The notes under the pieces were generated by a model. It saw only the letters and a list, made by a program, of their open reading frames with translations, was not told the origin of the DNA and searched no databases. The translations under genes and the position numbers were made by a program. From assembly GCA_913049845.1 (NCBI GenBank), contig CAJWZE010000001.1:19765-83764 (forward strand): a DNA stretch of 64,000 nucleotides. Direction: 5' to 3'. Each line of letters opens with the position of its first letter. The stretch's first letter is position 1. The stretch comes from an uncultured Cryomorphaceae bacterium (GTDB lineage Bacteria; Bacteroidota; Bacteroidia; Flavobacteriales; Schleiferiaceae). Below are positions 40,755 to 51,303 of this stretch, in pieces.

Positions 40755-41816
40755 ATGGATCCAAATGCTGGAAAAAAAGATTTAGTTAATAAGCTTGATA
40801 AAGAGTGCCTTAGAGCGAAATTGGATGCAGAGACTTTCATACGCATTACCCTTTCTTTCTATAAGTATGTCATTATTGACAAACCTCAAAAGCTGCGCGA
40901 CGAACTTTATTCGAAGTGGTTGGCTTTGGATTGTCTCGGTCGCATTTATGTGAGTCAGGAGGGAATTAATGCTCAAATGAATGTGCCTGAGCACCATTGG
41001 GAGGAATTTGAGCAGCATCTAAAAGCAATAGATTATTTCAAGGATGTGCCTTTTAAGATTGCCGTTACAGATAAGACAGACGGTAGATCATTCTTAAAAC
41101 TTAAAGTGAAAGTTCGCGGCCAGATTGTGGCGGACGGGTTGCAACCTGAAGATTACGATGTTACTAACGTTGGTGCTCATTTAAGTGCGAAGGATTGGAA
41201 CAATATTATGGAGAACGGCGATCCTATCGTCGTGGATATGCGCAATCACTACGAGAGTGAGATAGGCCATTTTGAAGGTGCGGTTTTACCTGAAGCGGAG
41301 ACCTTTAAGGAGGAATTACCGATGGTACTAGAAAAGCTCAAGGGCCAAAAGGACCGCAAGATTTTACTCTATTGTACGGGCGGTATTCGTTGCGAGAAGA
41401 CCTCGGCCTATTTGAAGCACCACGGATTTAACGATGTGAATCAGTTGCACGGCGGAATCATTGATTACGCTCGTCAGATTGACGAAGAGCAGCTCGATAA
41501 CAAGTTTCACGGGGTTAATTTTGTATTTGATGAAAGACTGGGCGAAGAAATTTCATGTGAGGTTATTTCGGATTGTCACCAGTGTGGTGAAAAAAGTGCT
41601 AGACATACCAATTGTGCCAATAAAGCATGCAACCTGCTTTTTATACAGTGCGAGAGCTGCGCTGATAAAAACGAAGGCTGTTGTACGCCGCAATGTGTGG
41701 AAGTAATTAACCTTCCCGAAGTGGATCAATATGAGATTCGTAGAAAAGCAAAGGAAACAAAGCGATTCCACAGACATTCTAAAGTAAATTTACGAGATGC
41801 CTTCAAAGAGGAGTAG
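40755..41816 (+). CDS. trhO: Rhodanese-domain protein of the UPF0176/TrhO family (tRNA U34 hydroxylase)
   Basis: The rhodanese active-site loop is [10 protein letters not shown]. The C-terminal tail is Cys-rich. Confidence 0.75.
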   Translation: MDPNAGKKDLVNKLDKECLRAKLDAETFIRITLSFYKYVIIDKPQKLRDELYSKWLALDCLGRIYVSQEGINAQMNVPEHHWEEFEQHLKAIDYFKDVPFKIAVTDKTDGRSFLKLKVKVRGQIVADGLQPEDYDVTNVGAHLSAKDWNNIMENGDPIVVDMRNHYESEIGHFEGAVLPEAETFKEELPMVLEKLKGQKDRKILLYCTGGIRCEKTSAYLKHHGFNDVNQLHGGIIDYARQIDEEQLDNKFHGVNFVFDERLGEEISCEVISDCHQCGEKSARHTNCANKACNLLFIQCESCADKNEGCCTPQCVEVINLPEVDQYEIRRKAKETKRFHRHSKVNLRDAFKEE

Positions 41817-41850
41817 CTTAAGGACCAATCTTCAGAACAAAAAAAGCACT

Positions 41851-43392
41851 ATGCAAGACAAGCGAAAACATCTACGCGACCTCAAAAAACAAAGTCAAGA
41901 AGGCGGCGGACAGAAACGAATCGATGCGCAGCATGCTAAAGGCAAACTTACTGCGCGCGAACGTATTCATTTCCTTTTGGACGAAGGAAGCTTCCAGGAA
42001 ATGGGTGCAATGGTTCGACATCGAAGTGATTTATTTGGACTTGATAAACAGAAAATTTTAGGCGACGGCGTAGTGACCGGTTACGGCACGGTAAAAGGGC
42101 GTTTAATCTATGTGTTTGCGCAAGACTTTACAGTATTAGGCGGTTCATTAGCTGAGGCTCATGCAGAGAAGATTACGAAAGTGATGGACCTTGCTATGAA
42201 AACTGGAGCACCATTGATTGGCTTGAACGATAGCGGTGGCGCACGTATCCAAGAGGGGGTCGTTTCCTTGGGTGGGTACTCTGATATTTTCTACCGAAAT
42301 GTACAAGCCTCAGGGGTTATCCCGCAGTTTTCGGCAATGATGGGTCCTTGTGCGGGCGGTGCAGTTTACTCACCTGCGCTTACAGATTTTATTATGATGG
42401 TGGAAGACACTTCTTACATGTTCGTGACTGGGCCTAATGTGGTGAAAACGGTAACCCATGAAGAAGTAACGGCTGAAGAGTTAGGTGGCGCGAGTGCACA
42501 TTCTACGAAAAGTGGAGTGACTCATTTTACCTACCCAAATGAAATGTCTTTGTTTGAGGGGTTAAAGAAACTATTGAGCTACGTTCCGCAGAATTGTGAT
42601 GAAGAACCGCCTTCTCTTCCCTATGAAGCAGGTGACGAAATGCGTGATGTTCTTAAGGACATAGTGCCGGATAATCCTAATCAACCTTACGACATAAAAG
42701 AAGTCATCTCTGCTATTGTGGATGAGGAAAGCTTTTATGAGGTACATAAGGACTTTGCAGAGAACATCATAGTTGGTTTTGCGCGCCTGGCCGGAAAGTC
42801 AGTGGGCATTGTGGCGAACCAGCCGGCTTATTTGGCTGGGGTATTGGATATTCATGCATCAACAAAAGGCGCTCGTTTTGTGCGCTTCTGTGATTCCTTC
42901 AATATTCCGTTGCTAGTGCTTGAAGATGTTCCTGGATTCTTACCGGGTACGGATCAAGAGTGGAATGGAATTATCACCAACGGTGCTAAATTATTGTATG
43001 CCTTTAGTGAAGCAACTGTTCCGCGTATTACAGTAATTACACGAAAAGCATATGGTGGCGCATACTGTGTCATGAATTCTAAACAGATAGGTGCGGATAT
43101 GAACTTTGCTTGGCCAACGGCGGAAATCGCTGTTATGGGCGCTAAAGGTGCTGCAGAAATTATATTTAGAAAAGACATCAAGGCTGCTGAAGATCAGGCA
43201 GCAAAATTGGCCGAAAAGGAAGCAGAATACTCTGAAGCTTTTGCCAATCCTTATCGTGCAGCGTATCGGGGATATGTAGACGATGTTATTCTGCCGCAGG
43301 AAACGCGTGAGAAGTTGATCAAGGCTTTTTCGATGTTAGAGAATAAGGCTGTAAAATTGCCTAAGAAAAAACACGGTAACCCACCTCTTTAA
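41851..43392 (+). CDS. Acyl-CoA carboxylase carboxyltransferase (beta) subunit, propionyl-CoA carboxylase / methylmalonyl-CoA carboxyltransferase type
   Basis: Corrected start MQDKRKHL. Motifs seen are [32 protein letters not shown] and [10 protein letters not shown]. Confidence 0.88.
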   Translation: MQDKRKHLRDLKKQSQEGGGQKRIDAQHAKGKLTARERIHFLLDEGSFQEMGAMVRHRSDLFGLDKQKILGDGVVTGYGTVKGRLIYVFAQDFTVLGGSLAEAHAEKITKVMDLAMKTGAPLIGLNDSGGARIQEGVVSLGGYSDIFYRNVQASGVIPQFSAMMGPCAGGAVYSPALTDFIMMVEDTSYMFVTGPNVVKTVTHEEVTAEELGGASAHSTKSGVTHFTYPNEMSLFEGLKKLLSYVPQNCDEEPPSLPYEAGDEMRDVLKDIVPDNPNQPYDIKEVISAIVDEESFYEVHKDFAENIIVGFARLAGKSVGIVANQPAYLAGVLDIHASTKGARFVRFCDSFNIPLLVLEDVPGFLPGTDQEWNGIITNGAKLLYAFSEATVPRITVITRKAYGGAYCVMNSKQIGADMNFAWPTAEIAVMGAKGAAEIIFRKDIKAAEDQAAKLAEKEAEYSEAFANPYRAAYRGYVDDVILPQETREKLIKAFSMLENKAVKLPKKKHGNPPL

Positions 43393-44184
43393 ATGTTTGT
43401 AGATACCCACTGTCACCTCTACGACGCGTACTTCGCTGATAAAAAAGCTGAGATTCAAAGCAGGGCTTTAGCAGCAGGCGTAACAACCATATTGCTTCCA
43501 AATATCAGTGCCGAGAGCATTGGTGCGTTGGATGCTGTGGAGGCAGATTACCCCCAGCTCAAGATTGGACGAATGATTGGCCTGCATCCTTGTCGTGTGA
43601 AGGAGGATTGGAAAGATCAGTTGGACCAATTGGAAGCACATTTTCGTGCTAACCCACATCAATATATGGCTGTAGGTGAGATTGGTATGGATTTGTATTG
43701 GGACACCACTACTAAGGCTATGCAGGCGGAAGCATTGAATCACCAACTAGATTGGGCGGTAGAATGGGATTTGCCCATTGCGCTTCATGTAAGAAGTAGT
43801 TTTAAGCAATTGTTCCCAGTTCTTGAGGAGGCTCAAGTGCGCCATAACGGAAAGTTGCGCGGGGTATTTCACTGTTTCAGTGGTGGCAAAAAACAAGTGA
43901 AGCGTGCCTTAAAACTTGGGGATTTTTATTTCGGAATTGGCGGGTCGTTTAGCATCAATCGGTCGTCGACAGATATTGTTCTTAAGGGTATTCCAAAGGA
44001 ACGATTGATTTTGGAAACAGATGCGCCGTACCTTACTCCGAAAGCATTTCGCGGGGAGAAGAATGAGCCCTCGTTCATTATTGAACCAGCGAAAGTAATG
44101 GCTGAGGTATTAGAGATGGATTTGTATGAAGTTGCTGCAATGACCTCTCAAAATGCGAAGCAATTGTTTGGATTATATGCGTAA
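43393..44184 (+). CDS. TatD family metal-dependent hydrolase/DNase
   Basis: MFVDTHCHL, the EIGMDLYW pattern and LETDAPYL. The start immediately follows the upstream stop. Confidence 0.85.
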   Translation: MFVDTHCHLYDAYFADKKAEIQSRALAAGVTTILLPNISAESIGALDAVEADYPQLKIGRMIGLHPCRVKEDWKDQLDQLEAHFRANPHQYMAVGEIGMDLYWDTTTKAMQAEALNHQLDWAVEWDLPIALHVRSSFKQLFPVLEEAQVRHNGKLRGVFHCFSGGKKQVKRALKLGDFYFGIGGSFSINRSSTDIVLKGIPKERLILETDAPYLTPKAFRGEKNEPSFIIEPAKVMAEVLEMDLYEVAAMTSQNAKQLFGLYA

Positions 44185-45184
44185 AATAGCCCTCATATAT
44201 ACCGGTGGTACTATCGGGATGCGAAAGAACGAGCATGGGAAATTGGCGCCAATGGACTTTGCGTCTGTAGCGGAAAAGATTCCTGCAATGCAGTTGCTTC
44301 CAATAGAAATTTTACCGAGGACGCTGGAGCATCCTATTGATAGCTCAGAAATGGTTCCTAAAGTGTGGCAAGAGCTTGCCCTAACTATTGATGCTCTTAT
44401 GGATCAGGTCGATGGAATAGTTGTGCTGCACGGTACGGATACGATGGCCTACACGGCATGTGCGTTAAGTTTTATGTTCGAAGGGCTTCAAAAGCCTATT
44501 ATCATCACTGGATCGCAATTACCAGTTGGTGTGTTGCGAACAGATGCTGTCGAAAACATAGTAAGTGCTTTTGAATTTGCAGCCTTGGCTGAAGAAGATG
44601 GTTCGGCCGTTATTCAAGAAGTAGCCATCTATTTTGAGTATGAACTTTTGCGTGGTAATCGGTCCTACAAAAGATCGTCGAATGAATTTAACGCTTTTAG
44701 TTCACCAAATTATCCACCGCTTGCAAGTAGTGGCGTTCGACTCAGCGTGAGCAAGAAATTACTCTGGCGTTCAGAAAAAAAATATGGCCTAAAGACAGCT
44801 ATTGACACAAGTGTTGGGGTAGTTACACTTTACCCTGGATTGGATTTTGACCAATTGCCTCATTTGACGCATTGGAAAGTATTAGTACTGAGGACTTTTG
44901 GAGCAGGAAATGCGCCAAAATCAACTTCTTTCTTAGAATTTTTAAAGCGAGTCGAAAAAAATGGAACCATTATTGTCAATATTTCACAATGTGTGAGCGG
45001 TTCTGTCTTACCCGGGCTGTACGACAGCTTTAGCCCGCTTGAAGAAGTTAAAATGCTGAATGCCAAGGATATGACATTCGAAAGTGCATTGGTTAAGTCG
45101 ATGATTCTATTGGGTCAGGGCAACTCGGTGGAGGATTTTCATATGAAGTTTTCGCTGTCTCTCTCAGGAGAGGTCTCAGAATAG
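44177..45184 (+). CDS. ansA: Type I L-asparaginase
   Basis: The corrected start gives MRKIALIYTGGTIGM. HGTDTMAYTA is present. It overlaps the tatD-family stop by 8 nt. Confidence 0.8.
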   Translation: MRKIALIYTGGTIGMRKNEHGKLAPMDFASVAEKIPAMQLLPIEILPRTLEHPIDSSEMVPKVWQELALTIDALMDQVDGIVVLHGTDTMAYTACALSFMFEGLQKPIIITGSQLPVGVLRTDAVENIVSAFEFAALAEEDGSAVIQEVAIYFEYELLRGNRSYKRSSNEFNAFSSPNYPPLASSGVRLSVSKKLLWRSEKKYGLKTAIDTSVGVVTLYPGLDFDQLPHLTHWKVLVLRTFGAGNAPKSTSFLEFLKRVEKNGTIIVNISQCVSGSVLPGLYDSFSPLEEVKMLNAKDMTFESALVKSMILLGQGNSVEDFHMKFSLSLSGEVSE

Positions 45185-45185
45185 G

Positions 45186-45205
45186 AATTGGACACCAATT
45201 TTTTG
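45186..45205 (+). terminator. Weak AT-rich hairpin plus T-run after ansA
   Basis: aattgg-aca-ccaatt followed by ttttt. Confidence 0.3.
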
Positions 45206-45278
45206 TATTTTCGACGCCCGGAAGGGTTTTGCGTAAATCCACCGATAGATAATTAATAAGAATTAATTCTTAAGAAAA

Positions 45279-46130
45279 ATGAAAAAAGCACTCTCTTTGC
45301 TTGCAATCGTTTCCCTATCAATGGGTACCGTAAACGCGTACACACAGGACGAAATGACGGCTACTGAAGTAGTAGTAGATTCTGCTGCTACCGAAACTAC
45401 TGACTCTGCTGATGTACTTTTAGATTCTGCAGCTGCAGCTACAGACTCTGAAGCTTCTGAAGAAGCTATTGGGGAAGTAGTTGAGTCTGATAAGGCATTT
45501 ACTCAAATCTTGAAGGAGAAATTCATCGAGGGTGGTGCATTCTTCATGTCGTTTGTATTATTGGCCTTGGTATTAGGCTTAGCACTTGTTATAGAGCGTA
45601 TTATCTACTTGACATTCGCACAAACAAATACTGAGAAGTTGTTGAGCGAAGTTGAAGGTGCATTGAACAACGGTGGTATCGACGCAGCTAAGGAAGTATG
45701 TCGTAACACTCGTGGTCCAGTAGCTACAATTTTCTTCGAAGGTTTGGACCACTACGAAGAAGGTCTAGATATGGTAGACAAATCAATTATGAGCGTAGGT
45801 TCTGTGGAGAACGGTAAGCTTGAGAAAGGTGTATCGTGGATTTCATTGTTCATCGCTTTGGCACCAATGCTTGGCTTCATGGGTACCGTAATTGGTATGA
45901 TTGGTGCATTCGACGCGATTGAGGCAGCAGGTGATATTAATCCTTCCCTTGTAGCGGGAGGTATTAAAGTGGCACTTTTGACAACAGTATTCGGTTTGAT
46001 TACTGCAATCATCCTACAGATTTTCTACAATCTTATCGTTGCTATGATTGACGGTATCGTGATCAAAATGGAAGATGCATCTATTTCTTTCTTAGACATC
46101 TTGGTAGACTTCAAAAAGAAAAATAGCTAA
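45279..46130 (+). CDS. exbB: MotA/TolQ/ExbB proton-channel protein with an acidic low-complexity N-terminal extension
   Basis: Signal-like N-terminus, an approximately 50-aa D/E/S/T/A-rich tract, then three TM helices with the LAPMLGFMGTVIGMI...GG pattern. Confidence 0.85.
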   Translation: MKKALSLLAIVSLSMGTVNAYTQDEMTATEVVVDSAATETTDSADVLLDSAAAATDSEASEEAIGEVVESDKAFTQILKEKFIEGGAFFMSFVLLALVLGLALVIERIIYLTFAQTNTEKLLSEVEGALNNGGIDAAKEVCRNTRGPVATIFFEGLDHYEEGLDMVDKSIMSVGSVENGKLEKGVSWISLFIALAPMLGFMGTVIGMIGAFDAIEAAGDINPSLVAGGIKVALLTTVFGLITAIILQIFYNLIVAMIDGIVIKMEDASISFLDILVDFKKKNS

Positions 46131-46135
46131 GAATT

Positions 46136-46543
46136 ATGGCTGATAAACTCCCATTAATCGGACGTATCCTAGGCATTGCTCTTGGTCTAATCGGCGTTGT
46201 ACTATTCATTATGGTAGCAGCGAATGAAGATCAAGCGCCAGGATTTGTATCGTACGGGATGATCATTACTATCGTTAGTATGATTATCGCTGTATCGAGC
46301 TTCGTCCTTGCACTTGTGGTGAACCCACAAGGTGTCAAAAGCGTAGGTATTGGTTTAGCGGCAATTCTTGTTATCGGCTTAATCTCGTGGTTCACAGCTG
46401 ATGGCTCAGATTTTGCGCAATACAAAAATGTTAAGGAGGCTACTTCGAAAGCATCGAGTGCAATGTTGACTTCGTTCTACATTCTGTTCTCAGGTGCTGT
46501 ACTAGCCGTTGTTTATTCTCTAATTGCTAGAGTAATTAAATAA
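46136..46543 (+). CDS. Small 4-TM membrane protein (unknown) embedded in the exbB-exbD cluster
   Basis: Four hydrophobic helices. 5-nt and 8-nt spacers separate it from its neighbours. Confidence 0.5.
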   Translation: MADKLPLIGRILGIALGLIGVVLFIMVAANEDQAPGFVSYGMIITIVSMIIAVSSFVLALVVNPQGVKSVGIGLAAILVIGLISWFTADGSDFAQYKNVKEATSKASSAMLTSFYILFSGAVLAVVYSLIARVIK

Positions 46544-46551
46544 GGAGCGCT

Positions 46552-47136
46552 GTGGCAAGAAATAAAAGAGCCATACCAGAAATTAATGCAGGTTCGATGG
46601 CGGATATCGCCTTCCTACTATTGATTTTCTATCTCGTAACTACTACTATGGACACAGATAAGGGGATTAATAGGAAGCTTCCACCTATCGAAGATGAGCT
46701 AGTTCAAGAACCTCCACCTATTAAGGAGCGTAATATTTTTACAGTTCTAGTAAACTCGAACGATCAGTTGCTAGTAGAAGATGAATACCTAAAGATTAAC
46801 CAGCTTCGTGCTAAGGCTATGGAATTCATTGACAACAACGGCGACGGTTCCTGTGAATACTGCAAAGGTTATGGTGTTTCGTCAAGTTCTGATAACCCTG
46901 TTAAAGCGGTTATCTCGCTTCAAAATGACCGTGGTACTTCTTACGGCATGTATGTAAAGGTTCAGAATGAATTGGTTGCAGCCTATGAAGATTTACGTGA
47001 GCGTTACGCTGAAGATGAATACGGGCGTTCATACCGTGGTATGAATCCAAAAGAGGATAAAGAGATCATTAAAGAAATCAAGAACGCTTACCAGCAGAAA
47101 ATTTCCGAGGCAGAACCGTTAAATATTGGTGGATAA
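46552..47136 (+). CDS. exbD: ExbD/TolR biopolymer transport protein (long form)
   Basis: The N-terminal pattern is INAGSMADIAFLLLIFYLVTT. It carries an insertion containing CEYC. Confidence 0.8.
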   Translation: MARNKRAIPEINAGSMADIAFLLLIFYLVTTTMDTDKGINRKLPPIEDELVQEPPPIKERNIFTVLVNSNDQLLVEDEYLKINQLRAKAMEFIDNNGDGSCEYCKGYGVSSSSDNPVKAVISLQNDRGTSYGMYVKVQNELVAAYEDLRERYAEDEYGRSYRGMNPKEDKEIIKEIKNAYQQKISEAEPLNIGG

Positions 47137-47630
47137 TGGCAGTAATTAAGAAAAAGAAGGATAAAGCGTTGCCAGCGGTAAACACGTCGGCACTTCCTGA
47201 TATTGTTTTTATGTTGTTGTTCTTCTTTATGGTTGCTACGGTAATGCGTGAGGTAGATTTGAAGGTTAGCGTAAACAAACCTCAAGCAACAGAAATCCAG
47301 AAGCTAGAACGCAAGTCTTTGGTTACTTACATTTACGCAGGTTCGCCACGTGCTAAGTACCAGGATAAGTTTGGTAAGACGGCTAGGATTCAGCTAAATG
47401 ATGCGTTTGCATCTATCGATGATTTACAACCGTTTGTTGTCCAAGAGCGTGAGGCTAAGGCTGAAGAAGATCGCCCAATGATGACAATGTCTATTAAAGC
47501 TGATAAGACGGTTAAAATGGGTTTGATTTCTGATATCAAATTAGAGCTGCGCAAGGCGCAAGCTTACAAGATTAATTATAGTTCTTTGCAGCCGAAAGAT
47601 GCAGAAGCATTGTACAGCTCAGATAACTAA
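47136..47630 (+). CDS. exbD: ExbD/TolR biopolymer transport protein
   Basis: VNTSALPDIVFMLLFFFMV. The start overlaps the upstream stop (ATAATG). Confidence 0.8.
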   Translation: MAVIKKKKDKALPAVNTSALPDIVFMLLFFFMVATVMREVDLKVSVNKPQATEIQKLERKSLVTYIYAGSPRAKYQDKFGKTARIQLNDAFASIDDLQPFVVQEREAKAEEDRPMMTMSIKADKTVKMGLISDIKLELRKAQAYKINYSSLQPKDAEALYSSDN

Positions 47631-47666
47631 GCAAAGAGAATATTTTATAGTGAAAAGTCGGGCTTT

Positions 47667-47692
47667 TGGTTCCGGCTTTTTTGTTTTTACTA
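47667..47692 (+). terminator. Candidate terminator after the exbD genes
   Basis: The gtcgggc...gttccggc stem needs G:U pairs and is followed by T6. Confidence 0.35.
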
Positions 47693-47701
47693 GGTCTTAG
47701 T

Positions 47702-48613
47702 TTATTGGTCCAGCCAAGTAGAGTGCTTGATGCGAATGCTCCTAAGCCAGACGATCCCGAGTATTAATGGCACTAGTCCTAACATACTCCACCCTAGTGC
47801 TATAGTGCTTTCGGTTTGTAGTTCTCCTCCTGCTGAGTACGACGACAACAAAGCAAATCCATTATTTATGGAATGGAGTATAATAGGCGCCCACAGGCTG
47901 CCTGTCCAATACTTGGTATAGCCCAATAGGACTCCCATAAACAAGAGAGGAATAAAACTTAAAGGTTGTTGATGTGCAACGGCAAAACAAGCTGCACTAG
48001 CCAAGATTGCACCACGAATGCCAATACTTCGATTAAACATCTTTTGCAGCACACCACGGAAGAAGAATTCTTCACCAAAGGCAGGCACCAAGACCAAGAC
48101 CACAGCGTTTGCCAAAAGAGCCAATGAGGAAGTGTCCTTTAAAAGTGTTTTAAGTGAGTCTATAACCAGTGCTTCTTGGTCTTTCAGTCCTTGGAAGTAG
48201 CTGTTGTTCGGAACAATGTATTGGTTGAGTTGCGCGAGGAGGTCAATAGCGAAAAAGGCACCTATACAAACCATAGCCAATGCAGTATATGTTTGGAAAG
48301 CTGAAGGTAGTTTTTCCGCATTTTTTCTTGAATGCGTGGGAGAACCGTAACTAGGCAAATAGACCAATTGAAGGAATCGTGCAGGATTACTGGTGGCAAT
48401 CTGAGAAAATATTAGTGGCGGCATTAAAAATAGTCCCAGCGATACGGAAAACTGGAACCACCGCATGCCTTTAGGCGAGGTTATGCCGTAGGTGGTATTT
48501 GCAAAGGTTAAGCCGATACCTCCGAAGAAGACGAGGCTGGCTACTGTGATAAAAAACAAGGTCATTGCAGATCTCGCATGCCCCCATTTTAATGTCTTGT
48601 CAGTATAGCTCAT
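47702..48613 (-). CDS. CPBP (CAAX) family intramembrane glutamic endopeptidase
   Basis: EEFFFRG, FAVAH and HSINN motifs and multiple TM helices. The corrected start is MSYTDK (ATG at 48613). Confidence 0.7.
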   Translation of the reverse strand: MSYTDKTLKWGHARSAMTLFFITVASLVFFGGIGLTFANTTYGITSPKGMRWFQFSVSLGLFLMPPLIFSQIATSNPARFLQLVYLPSYGSPTHSRKNAEKLPSAFQTYTALAMVCIGAFFAIDLLAQLNQYIVPNNSYFQGLKDQEALVIDSLKTLLKDTSSLALLANAVVLVLVPAFGEEFFFRGVLQKMFNRSIGIRGAILASAACFAVAHQQPLSFIPLLFMGVLLGYTKYWTGSLWAPIILHSINNGFALLSSYSAGGELQTESTIALGWSMLGLVPLILGIVWLRSIRIKHSTWLDQ

Positions 48614-48632
48614 CCCGTTGTACTTTTGCCGT

Positions 48633-49688
48633 ATGGTAAAGATAGGTGATATCGAATTAGGCGACTTCCCTTTATTGCTCGCTCCCATGGAAGATGTGAG
48701 TGATCCGCCTTTCAGAAAACTCTGTAAAGATCATGGGGCGGATGTGATGTACACTGAATTTATCTCCTCAGAAGGATTGATACGCGATGCTGCAAAGAGT
48801 GTAAAGAAATTAGACTTCTACGAATATGAAAGGCCTTTAGGTATTCAGATTTTCGGGAACGAGATTGGGAGTATGCGCCAAGCTGCTGAGGTATGTGCCG
48901 CTTCTAATCCGGATATTATCGATATCAACTATGGTTGTCCCGTCAAAAACGTGGCGTGTAAAGGCGCTGGTGCTGGTATTCTTAAAGATATTCCAAAGAT
49001 GGTGAAGATGACGGCTGAGATCGTAAAGGCCGTAGATAAGCCTGTGACTGTCAAGACTAGATTAGGTTGGGACGATAACACTAAATACATCGTAGATATT
49101 GCAGAGCGCCTTCAGGATGTTGGTATTCAAGCCATTTCTATTCACGGCCGAACACGTAAACAGATGTACAAGGGTGAGGCAGATTGGTCGTTAATTGCCG
49201 AAACTAAGAACAACCCTCGTCTACATATCCCTGTCTTTGGGAACGGTGATGTGGATAGCGGCCCAAAGGCGATGGAGTATCGCAATAAGTACGGTGTAGA
49301 CGGCATCATGATGGGACGCGCATCCATTGGATATCCATGGATTTTCAACGAGATTAAACACTACTTTGAGCACGGCTTAGAAGCTAGAAAGCCTTCAGTC
49401 AAGGAGCGTGTGGCGGCGGCTCGCGAGCACTTTAAATTGAGTCTTAAGTGGAAGGAAGAACGTTATGCTATTATGGAAACTCGCAAGCATTACACCAACT
49501 ACTTCCGTGGTCTAAGTCATTTTAAGCCTTATCGTACTCGTTTAGTTACGATCGAAAATCCGTCAGAAGTCCTAGCTACTTTAGATGAGATCGAACAAGA
49601 ATACATAGCTAAATACGGTAATCAGCAAGATTTGGGAGATCTGAATAACCTGCAGTACGGCCGCATTGCGGAGAAGCAAACTATTTAA
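48633..49688 (+). CDS. dusB: tRNA-dihydrouridine synthase (DusB-like)
   Basis: The corrected start gives MVKIGDIELGDFPLLLAPMEDVSDPPFR. INYGCP, HGRTR and GRASIGYPWIF are present. Confidence 0.85.
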   Translation: MVKIGDIELGDFPLLLAPMEDVSDPPFRKLCKDHGADVMYTEFISSEGLIRDAAKSVKKLDFYEYERPLGIQIFGNEIGSMRQAAEVCAASNPDIIDINYGCPVKNVACKGAGAGILKDIPKMVKMTAEIVKAVDKPVTVKTRLGWDDNTKYIVDIAERLQDVGIQAISIHGRTRKQMYKGEADWSLIAETKNNPRLHIPVFGNGDVDSGPKAMEYRNKYGVDGIMMGRASIGYPWIFNEIKHYFEHGLEARKPSVKERVAAAREHFKLSLKWKEERYAIMETRKHYTNYFRGLSHFKPYRTRLVTIENPSEVLATLDEIEQEYIAKYGNQQDLGDLNNLQYGRIAEKQTI

Positions 49689-50883
49689 TCACTTTACGTG
49701 TTGCCCAGGCACTAAGACTGCTGCCGATACTTAATACAATGGCACTGGTCAATGCGATATGTTCCCATTTTAAGCTGACCGGATAATATTCTTGGACGTA
49801 TCCAGTGCCTAAGGGCACAATGCCAACATAATGTTGGAGGGCAATGACACCAAAACCTACTAGTAATCCACTGAGCCAACCGGTGGCTACAATCATAAGC
49901 CCGTTCTTAAAGAAAATATTGCGCAGGTCAGACTCTGAGGCACCCATAGCCCAAAGCGTGTGAACATCGCCTTTCTTTTCGAGGGCTATTATGATGAGCG
50001 CACTAACAACGCCGAAACTTGCTAGAAGCACAATAAAGGCCAAGATGAAAACCACGACCATTCTTTCGGAGCGCATAACTTTGAAAAGGGCAGCCTCTTG
50101 TTCTAATCGATTTCTAATGGTTATTCTATCTCCAAAATGTCCTTCTAATGCCTTCCTAACGCGACTCTCCGCCGCCGAATGTATTTCTATAAAGGACGGT
50201 GCTTTGGATCCAGTAAATTTTTTAAACCAACCTTGTGGGGCTAAAGCGTATTTCTGGTCGTAATTTGGCTCAACGCTGTGAATGGCTATTGCAAATGCAT
50301 TCTGACCTTCAATGGCATCGCTAAGATTTAAAACATTCGTTTTTGCTGCGATTTTAGGAAGATAAACAGATACAATAGGCGGCGGGTTTGTCGTACTTAA
50401 CCCGAGGTGATAGGCAATTCCCGCCCCTAATGTCAAAGTAAACTTACCATAATCCATTGCCGGATCTGCCATCGTCAGCAGGTGCTCAGATAAATGATGC
50501 CTTTCTGCATATTCTTTTGGCACCCCCAATAGGTAAGCAATGTGTTGATTTTCACCATAAGTCAACAGCACGCGCTTCTGAAATATAGCCATCGTAACAG
50601 TTTCCTCATAACTGGCTTCAAGGCCGCTCAAAAACAAGGAATCTTCTAATGTTAGCTCTATGTAAGGCCCGGTGGCCGATTCAATTTTCAGCGTCGCATT
50701 TGCATCTTTGAATTGGCTCAGAATAAGATCCTCGAGCCCAGCAAAGGCACTCAAAACTACAGTCATTGCTGCCGTACCCAATGCTAAGCCTACTAATGCT
50801 GCAAGAGACATCAGTCGTATTGCTCCTAGTTTTCCTAAGGAGAAGAAGTATTTTTTACTTATGAAGGACGAGAACGACGGCAA
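49681..50883 (-). CDS. FtsX-like ABC transporter permease (LolC/LolE-like)
   Basis: One N-terminal TM helix, a large periplasmic loop and three C-terminal TM helices (FtsX pattern). 400 aa. Confidence 0.72.
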   Translation of the reverse strand: MPSFSSFISKKYFFSLGKLGAIRLMSLAALVGLALGTAAMTVVLSAFAGLEDLILSQFKDANATLKIESATGPYIELTLEDSLFLSGLEASYEETVTMAIFQKRVLLTYGENQHIAYLLGVPKEYAERHHLSEHLLTMADPAMDYGKFTLTLGAGIAYHLGLSTTNPPPIVSVYLPKIAAKTNVLNLSDAIEGQNAFAIAIHSVEPNYDQKYALAPQGWFKKFTGSKAPSFIEIHSAAESRVRKALEGHFGDRITIRNRLEQEAALFKVMRSERMVVVFILAFIVLLASFGVVSALIIIALEKKGDVHTLWAMGASESDLRNIFFKNGLMIVATGWLSGLLVGFGVIALQHYVGIVPLGTGYVQEYYPVSLKWEHIALTSAIVLSIGSSLSAWATRKVIK

Positions 50884-50889
50884 GGGTTT

Positions 50890-51249
50890 CTATTTAATAG
50901 GGCTTTCACCTTCCCCGCCAAGTAGACGTTCGATATTCTCTTCGTATTCCAAGCTGTCGTCGGTATAAATAACGAGTTCTGGCGTTACTCGAAGTTGGTT
51001 GCCTACACTGTGCCCTAGAGCGCCACGAAGTTTACTCTGGTTCAGCGCAATAAAACCTTCCACTTCTTTGGTATTTACCACCGGGAAAATACTAACGTAG
51101 ATTTTGGCTAACCCTAAATCAGTGCTCACGCGAACCTTACTTACACTTAGAAGTGTGCCAGGGAAATTTTCACGGGCCATTTGTTGCAGAATAGTCGCCA
51201 TTTCCTTCTGAAGAAGCTTGGCAATCTTAAGTTGTCTTGTACTTTCCAT
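50890..51249 (-). CDS. rbfA: Ribosome-binding factor A
   Basis: RQLKIAKLLQKE...VSKVRVSTDLGLAKIYVS. 119 aa. Confidence 0.85.
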   Translation of the reverse strand: MESTRQLKIAKLLQKEMATILQQMARENFPGTLLSVSKVRVSTDLGLAKIYVSIFPVVNTKEVEGFIALNQSKLRGALGHSVGNQLRVTPELVIYTDDSLEYEENIERLLGGEGESPIK

Positions 51250-51303
51250 AAAGCAAAGATACCATTTGCGTCAATTCAATTAAATTCGCTTCGAAGTGCT
51301 GTT

